Shown: piece by piece, positions 54,998-64,000 of the stretch
How positions within the stretch are numbered: the stretch's first letter is position 1
How the letters are laid out: the number at the start of each line of letters is the position of its first letter
DNA from: Eledone cirrhosa
Lineage: Eukaryota
DNA: 64,000 bases
Direction of reading: 5' to 3'
NCBI GenBank assembly: GCA_964016885.1
Contig: OZ024741.1
Coordinates: forward strand, 353,586,001-353,650,000
The notes under the pieces: model-generated
The model's input: the letters and a program-made list of their open reading frames with translations, nothing else
The model's database searches: none
Told to the model about the DNA's origin: nothing
Program-made: the position numbers and the translations under genes

Positions 54998-57900
54998 GGG
55001 AAGAAGACGCACGTGGTGGATAGAAGGTCATGAAATCGCTCCCGTAAGTTTTTGATTTTTAACATATTTAAATCAATTGTGAAATAACAATTCTTAGTAC
55101 AAATGATACATAAAGCACCAGACTCAAGTCTCAGAAAATTCGGATCCATAATATCCTGTTATATCGCTCAAATATTTAATTTTGTATTATACATTTTATA
55201 GTCAAAAAAGAAAATGGTTATAAATGGAAGAAAACCCCCTCTGTCTACACTATATAGAACAGCCAATAACAGCAATTTCACCAACACCACAAACTAGATA
55301 TACCACCTATCCCATCACCCCTCTGTGTACACTAAATACAACAGCCAGATAACGGCAATTTCACCACCACCACCAATCCCAGCATAATAATAATAATTAC
55401 TATTATTATTGTCTCAAGTTTTCACAAAATGTTTAATTCCAATATTAAGTGAATATGTCAACACATATATTAAACATACGCGACAAACGCATAGATACAC
55501 AGATCAAACAAAACTACAGTCTATTCAACAAAACTCAGTAACGACAACGCCATCACTATAGTCACCGACGCCACCACTCCATACATCATTGCTACCACCA
55601 CTCCTTCATTGCTACCACCACTATTCCCCCATTACCTTCTGTTAACTTAAGAAAGGGGAAGGTGGCGGTATCACTAGACAAGGGAGAGGCTAGCAAAAGA
55701 TATAAATAGATTGACTTAGTGACCCGGCCACCGGCCAAACGTCAACGAAAATGGCACTGCTGGCTCCCCCCTTCCCCACCAACAATAGGAAAAGCCCCAG
55801 CACCACCACCGACATAGCCAACAACAATAACAGGCAACTTCAGCAAAAAGTATATTATATTATTAATAATTTCATTCTTAAGCCACGCAATGCTCACATT
55901 AAGGAACCACTCATGATAATAACAATTTAAAAAAAACAACAAAAAAGAAAACCCCGTGACCAAGAAATACCGGGATGGCGGCCTACGGGGAATAGCCGTG
56001 TCTCTAGGGGAGGACGACCCCTCTAGTCTTGGTTGACACTCGTCCTAGAAGTGGTAACACGAAATGATTACCCCTTGGCGGATAAGGATAAAACGCGACA
56101 AAATAAAGTAAATGTCTAATGATAAAATCTCATACCGGATCGGCCGTCACCCGGGTAAAAAAGGGCCGCGTCCCTCAGAGAGGAACCAGACTGGGGTCGA
56201 AAAATCAGCTAATGGTTCAAACCTTCCCATCACTTCGGAGCTGGAGACCTCCCATAACCGGAATACTCCTACTGTTGGCCCTCCATGCTCACCACCAAGA
56301 AATCAAAAGAAAAAGAGAGAAAAATGGTCAAGGGAAGATAATAAAGAAGTCCTTGAGGCTTTCTACACTGCCATGTACTACCCATCAAATACATCGAATA
56401 CAGAACAGACATATATCAACTGGAAAAAGAAACATCCCGAAAACAGAGGCTATATTGACAGTAACAAACTAGCCAATATACGAAGAAATATTGTAACTGA
56501 TATAGACATTGATCAGATCAAGCTATTAGCACAAAGTCAGCGAAGGGAAAATGAAACATGTGTCAGTGGAAATGAGGTAAATTGTAACACTTCGAATCCC
56601 AGGGTTGGGGCGGAATCACTGACAACAGAATAAATTAAAGAAAGGATCGAAAAAGTGGAGGGAGTGCATGCTCAAGATGAAACTCAAAATGGAAACAATG
56701 AGATCGTAAATGATAAAGAAATGAATGAGAATGAACTTGCCAACTTGAAGGATGAAATTATGATCGAATGGATGAAAATGAAAGAATCTGACATGGGGGA
56801 ACGAGACACCCTCCCTAAGATCCAGAACTCCAAACAGAACCACAAGACTAACATAATTCTCAAAAACATTATCATCACAAACAAACTAAACATTACTGAT
56901 TTAAATCATCTCTATTATGCATCAGCTAAAGTCACCACTCACTTATGTGGAGTGAAGATGAAAAAACAAAGGAATTCCCACAAGAAATCTACTTGGCAAG
57001 AGAACATCAATCGCCAAATAAACCTTCTCCGATCTGACATAGAAATTTTAACAAACTATAAAGTAGGTGAACATGTTAAACAAACTAAACTTAGAAAATT
57101 GAAAAGAAAGTACAGTATAAAATCAACAAGTGACATAGACATGCTGATAGAAATAATCAAGCAAAAAGTGTCGGCCAAAGCTGCTCGGATAAGGCGCTTT
57201 GAAAAACGATCTAGATTCTATAAGGACAATAATATGTTCAAAAACAACCAAAGAAACTTCTACAGAAAAATTGGTAAATCAACAAACTGCTAAATCAATA
57301 CCACCCAAGGAGGAAGTGCAAGAATTCTGGGAAAAGATCTGGGCCGAAGAAAAAGTTCATAATATACATGCCCTATGGATAGACAGACAAATGAAAGATA
57401 CAGCTCACCTTGAGGAACAAATATGGGAAAGTATAACAGTTGAACAGTTGCGTTTGGCTCTAAGAAAAACCAGCAAATGGAAATCCCCAGGAAAAGACAA
57501 AATACAAAATTTTTGGATAAATGCCTTCACAGAGTCTCATGAGCTGTTGGCCCAACTTTACAATGAAATAGTTAAGGAGCCAGAAAAGATACCATCATGG
57601 CTAGTTAACGGCATTACATTCCTGCTTCCGAAGAATGATGAGACAAACAATCGCCAAAATTACAGACCGATTTCTGTAATTGATATGTCCGTTCCAATAG
57701 ACAAGAATGTATCTATAAAAACATTTGAAAAATTGAGCAAGTATGAGGACCTGGAGATAGAAATTGGAAAAATGTGGAAATTGAGAACTAAAACAATACC
57801 AGTGGTTGTAGGCGCTCTAGGAATGATACCGAAGGGGTCTGATGATTACTTATCGCAAATCCCAGGAAACCCGCGTATAGGAGAAATACAAAAGATAGTA

Positions 57901-58089
57901 CTAATGGGAACTGCCCATATACTAAGGAAGATTATGTCAATATAAGTACATCACAAGTCTAAACACCTAAAGATGCATGTGTGAGTATGTATGTTCTTTC
58001 TTGAACATGGCGGACCTTGGTGTCTCTTGAGGTCACTGGTTGTGACTTGGTGATAACTCGTACGAACATAAAGCAAGATAAATGCAGCT

Positions 58090-58090
<1 letters not shown>
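54998..58090 (+). mobile_element. Dong-like B8: complete 5' part, ~1.8-kb internal deletion removing the RT core, intact C-terminus
   Basis: NYRPI is fused to SVIDMSVP at 57671-57677; KLSKYEDLEIE is retained; stop at 57945. Confidence 0.93.

Positions 58091-58154
<64 letters not shown>
58091..58154. repeat. (TAA)n
   Basis: Read directly. Confidence 0.97.
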
Positions 58155-58332
58155 TGTTTCTACTTTAAGCACAAGGCCAGCAATTACCCAGTGCATTACT
58201 GGTACTTTATTTTATCGACGCCGTAAGGATGAAAGGCAAAGTCAACCTCGGCGGGATTTGAACACAGATCGTAAAGGGACGTAACTATGCTGGAAAGCAT
58301 GGCGTCCGGCCCTCTACCGATACTGCCAATCC
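58155..58332 (-). mobile_element. tRNA-derived SINE inserted in (TAA)n
   Basis: Minus strand: TGGCAGTATCGG A box, GTTCAAATCC B box; homologous to 10659-10842; (AAT)n on both sides. Confidence 0.9.
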
Positions 58333-58370
58333 AATAATAATAATAATAATATAATATTAATAATATAATA

Positions 58371-59188
58371 TTAATAATGTTTCGCTATTCCATATAATGT
58401 TTCTGGATCAAATGATTATAGATCATTATTGATCTGGTTCAGTTGAAGATATTTAACTTAGGTACAATTAGAGCAGCTCATCGGAACTTCAAAAGGAATA
58501 TAAATTAAAATAAAGAATGTTACATGAATGTAATGTTCCATATATTGGTATTTCACTATGGTGTCCTAGATATATCTTTTGTCTGCCATAGTCGAACTGT
58601 ATTCTTCTGTCGAGGCTGCATTGTGTGAGATCTGCCTATGGGTAACAAGATGACCGCCAATGGACATATTTAGCTTACTAATTAGAGGGTGGTTTCAGGG
58701 GAAGTAACTCCTCGAGAAATTAGAAATTTGTGCTAAATTTTTTAATTGAGGGAGGTAACTTATAATTATCTAAGTTAGCTATAACTATTTAACTTATTTG
58801 ATATAAGTAAAAAGAGGAATTATAACATTCTTTCTTTATTTTAATTTATATTCCTTTTGAAGTTGCGATGAGCTGCTCTAGTTATACCTAAGTTAATTAT
58901 CTTCAACTGAATCAGATCAATAATGATGTATAATCATTTGATCCAGAAACATTATATGGAGTAGCGAAACAATTGTAAACGGACATTATTAATATTATTA
59001 TTATTATTATTCTCTACATTCCTTACATTAAACTAAAACTATGTTGACAATCTTTTAATAATGTCTTCCTTGTGAAATTTGTGGTCTTTTTTTTCTTAAC
59101 TAATGAATATTTCCAGCTCTATGCACCTGACCTCTGCATGAACCCAGCCACCTAGCTGCCTGCCACTGCATGTTGAACATTGAGCACA
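58371..59188. repeat. Inner left arm, loop and complete right arm of the foldback element
   Basis: 58379-58523 is the reverse complement of 58822-58971; 59011-59188 is the reverse complement of 13854-14030. Confidence 0.9.
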
Positions 59189-59272
59189 TGCCTTTACGCC
59201 TTGGCTTCTAACTAATTCACCAATCTCTCTTCTCCTATCCTATCTCCATCTCTCTCTTTAAGATTGGTTACT

Positions 59273-59336
<64 letters not shown>

Positions 59337-59606
59337 TAAACGGAATAGAAAATGCTGACAAATTGTTCACAGTGAAAAATAGTTTAATAAGGAATAAGTG
59401 AGAATTAGTAATGGTATTGGTTAGTATTCAGTTTTGGTTTTTAGTTTTACCGGTTGCGCATTTCTAATGCTTTTCAAAAACAATTTTGAGATAGGGCGTC
59501 CGTGATGTTTGCTCTGATCAGAGCAAACATCCGGATCGCTTTCAAAAACAATGGTTGCATTTTAATAGGGTACGTCAAAGCTTATTTGTAAAACTGTTAT
59601 ATATTG

Positions 59607-59671
59607 TATTTTGTCTGATGAAGGCATACCATAATTTAATTTGGTATCCCTGAAATATGTATAATGAAATA
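59607..59671 (+). ncRNA. Type I hammerhead ribozyme
   Basis: TATTTTGT-CTGATGA-AGGCATACC/GGTATCCCT-GAAA-TATGTA-TA^ATGAAATA; stem I pairs fully with G-U. Confidence 0.78.
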
Positions 59672-59710
59672 AATATGGTTTTATAAATATAGTTTCCATT
59701 TATTAATATC

Positions 59711-62275
<2,565 letters not shown>

Positions 62276-62303
62276 AAATACGGTGAAAGCTTATAATTTC
62301 TAA

Positions 62304-62473
<170 letters not shown>

Positions 62474-62474
62474 G

Positions 62475-62589
62475 TCCTATGCGAGCAAGACAACCACTCT
62501 TGCCTCAAGTGGGAAAACCCCCGTCCAAACCCATGCAAGCGTGGAACACGGACGCTAAACCTGATGATGATGATGATGATGATGATGAT
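62475..62589 (+). mobile_element. Short 3' fragment of a SINE/LINE ending in (GAT)n
   Basis: ccaaacccatgcaagcgtggaacacggacgctaaac followed by (TGA)n; tail-like layout, family from recollection only. Confidence 0.5.
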
Positions 62590-62597
62590 ACATATAC

Positions 62598-62628
<31 letters not shown>

Positions 62629-62867
62629 TATATATATATATACACATATATATATACACAGTTCAAAAGTAACCTTTGCCGATGATCTAAGATTTGGCAT
62701 CTATGATTCATCGATTAATGGTGAAATATATTTCTTCAATGGAATATATACAAAGGAGATTTATCATTATTGCAAGGTTCTTGTTAATTTTTAATATGTT
62801 ACCTCCGTAACTATGTGTGTTTACACTCTTTACAAATTATCCCCTGTAATTGTTTGATTGGTTTATT

Positions 62868-62976
<109 letters not shown>

Positions 62977-63242
62977 CCTTCGACTTTTAATTTAATGTTA
63001 ATAATTGCTCGGATTTACTACTTGCAATCTTTGAGCTTATTCCACAGGTGATATGGCGCATGCTTCTGATATTCTCAGACATGGCATCTTTAATCTAATT
63101 ATATGCATATATATATATGTAGGAGGTGAGTTTTATTGTAGTACAATAAAGCAATGCAGATATCGGATAAGTACCACTCTACAGTTTGTAGGACTGGAGT
63201 ATAAATAATATAAGATCAAAAGATGGTTAAAAGAGTTCCATG

Positions 63243-63313
63243 TATTTTATTATGCGCATTTCAAAAGCAAATATCATCAAGAGATGATATTTGCATTTTC
63301 GTCAGATAAAATA
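63243..63313 (-). ncRNA. Type I hammerhead ribozyme with palindromic stem III
   Basis: TATTTTAT-CTGACGA-long stem II (GCAAATATCATC/GATGATATTTGC)-GAAA-TGCGCA-TA^ATAAAATA. Confidence 0.85.
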
Positions 63314-63438
63314 GGGATACGTGATATGAAGCTTAACAAACACTTGTGAATAGTGAAGTTTAAATCAACATATCATGATATGTTGATTTAATACTTCACT
63401 ATTCACAAGTGTTTTTTAACCTTCATATCACGTATCCC

Positions 63439-63509
63439 TATTTTATCTGACAAAAACGCAAATATCATCTCATGATGATATTTGTTTTTGAAATGCGCAT
63501 AATAAAATA
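63439..63509 (+). ncRNA. Mirror hammerhead copy with mutated core (CTGACAA)
   Basis: Same layout as 63243-63313; G8>A. Confidence 0.7.
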
Positions 63510-63607
63510 CATGGAACTCTTTTAACCATCTTTTGATCTTATATTATATATATATATATATATTAAAATACAAATATTAATAAAATAGATGTTCTTTTGA
63601 TCAATTA

Positions 63608-63662
63608 CATTTTATTATACATATTTCGGAGGTGCGACAATACGTCCTCATCAGACAAAATA
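63608..63662 (-). ncRNA. Type I hammerhead ribozyme
   Basis: TATTTTGT-CTGATGA-GGA..TCC-GAAA-TATGTA-TA^ATAAAATG. Confidence 0.78.
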
Positions 63663-64000
63663 TAATGATACATGACATACCCTGAGATGTTAAATGGTTA
63701 AGATTTAATCAAGGTAGTGATTAACCTAAGAGAAAATTCAACATTTATACCCTAATAATGAGAAAATGCGAAAACGTAATAAATTCAATAGAGAATGTGT
63801 GAGTAAGAAAAACGTTGGTTAATGTGACAGCTATAGAGATTTTAAAATGTAGGATACTACAAGTTATGTTTATCTAGGAAAACATCTCATGGATTATAAC
63901 ACTCAATGAGGGCCGCTGAAAGGGGATTTAAAGAGAGGGAAATATAAAGGGGAGTAATATATTCGGAAAGAGATTTTTTCCAAGAGCTAAACGGTTTAGT

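Larger units (their letters stand above)
22513..58090 (+). repeat. Head-to-tail tandem array of R4/Dong family B: one 5'-truncated copy, six ~4.91-kb units, one internally deleted copy
   Basis: Unit starts (gggaagaagacgcacg) at 25524, 30436, 35347, 40258, 45169, 50083 and 54998, each preceded by (TAA)8-9. Confidence 0.97.
63205..63547. repeat. ~340-bp spacerless palindrome with mirrored hammerheads
   Basis: Centre taaatcaacatatca|tgatatgttgattta at 63361-63390; arms match with few mismatches. Confidence 0.93.

Noticed and set aside
22513-58090. Telomeric retrotransposon array or CRISPR-like array
   Set aside because: No TTAGGG repeats, non-array sequence on both sides, and units are near-identical with no unique spacers.
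62675-62745. CCGATGA..GAAA hammerhead-like core
   Set aside because: Core mismatch and no convincing stems.

Overview
Repeat-dense eukaryotic DNA with no supportable host gene. The SINE and microsatellite content suggests a cephalopod such as Octopus (inference). Contents: (i) three minus-strand L1/Tx1-type non-LTR retrotransposons, two stacked in one (GATA)n tract and one full-length copy bounded on both sides by (TAA)n; (ii) two families of R4/Dong-type elements (RT + CCHC + PD-(D/E)xK nuclease) in (TAA)n, one forming a ~35.6-kb head-to-tail array of ~4.91-kb near-identical defective units; (iii) a Penelope-like RT/GIY-YIG element plus short palindromic derivatives carrying hammerhead-ribozyme motifs; (iv) an RTE remnant, tRNA-derived SINEs and long simple repeats. 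Two structural results stand out. First, the whole 14031-58378 block (~44 kb) appears to sit inside the (TAA)n of the left arm of a ~1-kb foldback, whose right arm keeps the empty site. Second, the array units are chimeras of the two complementary defective copies at the array ends, with a crossover mappable to ~100 bp.
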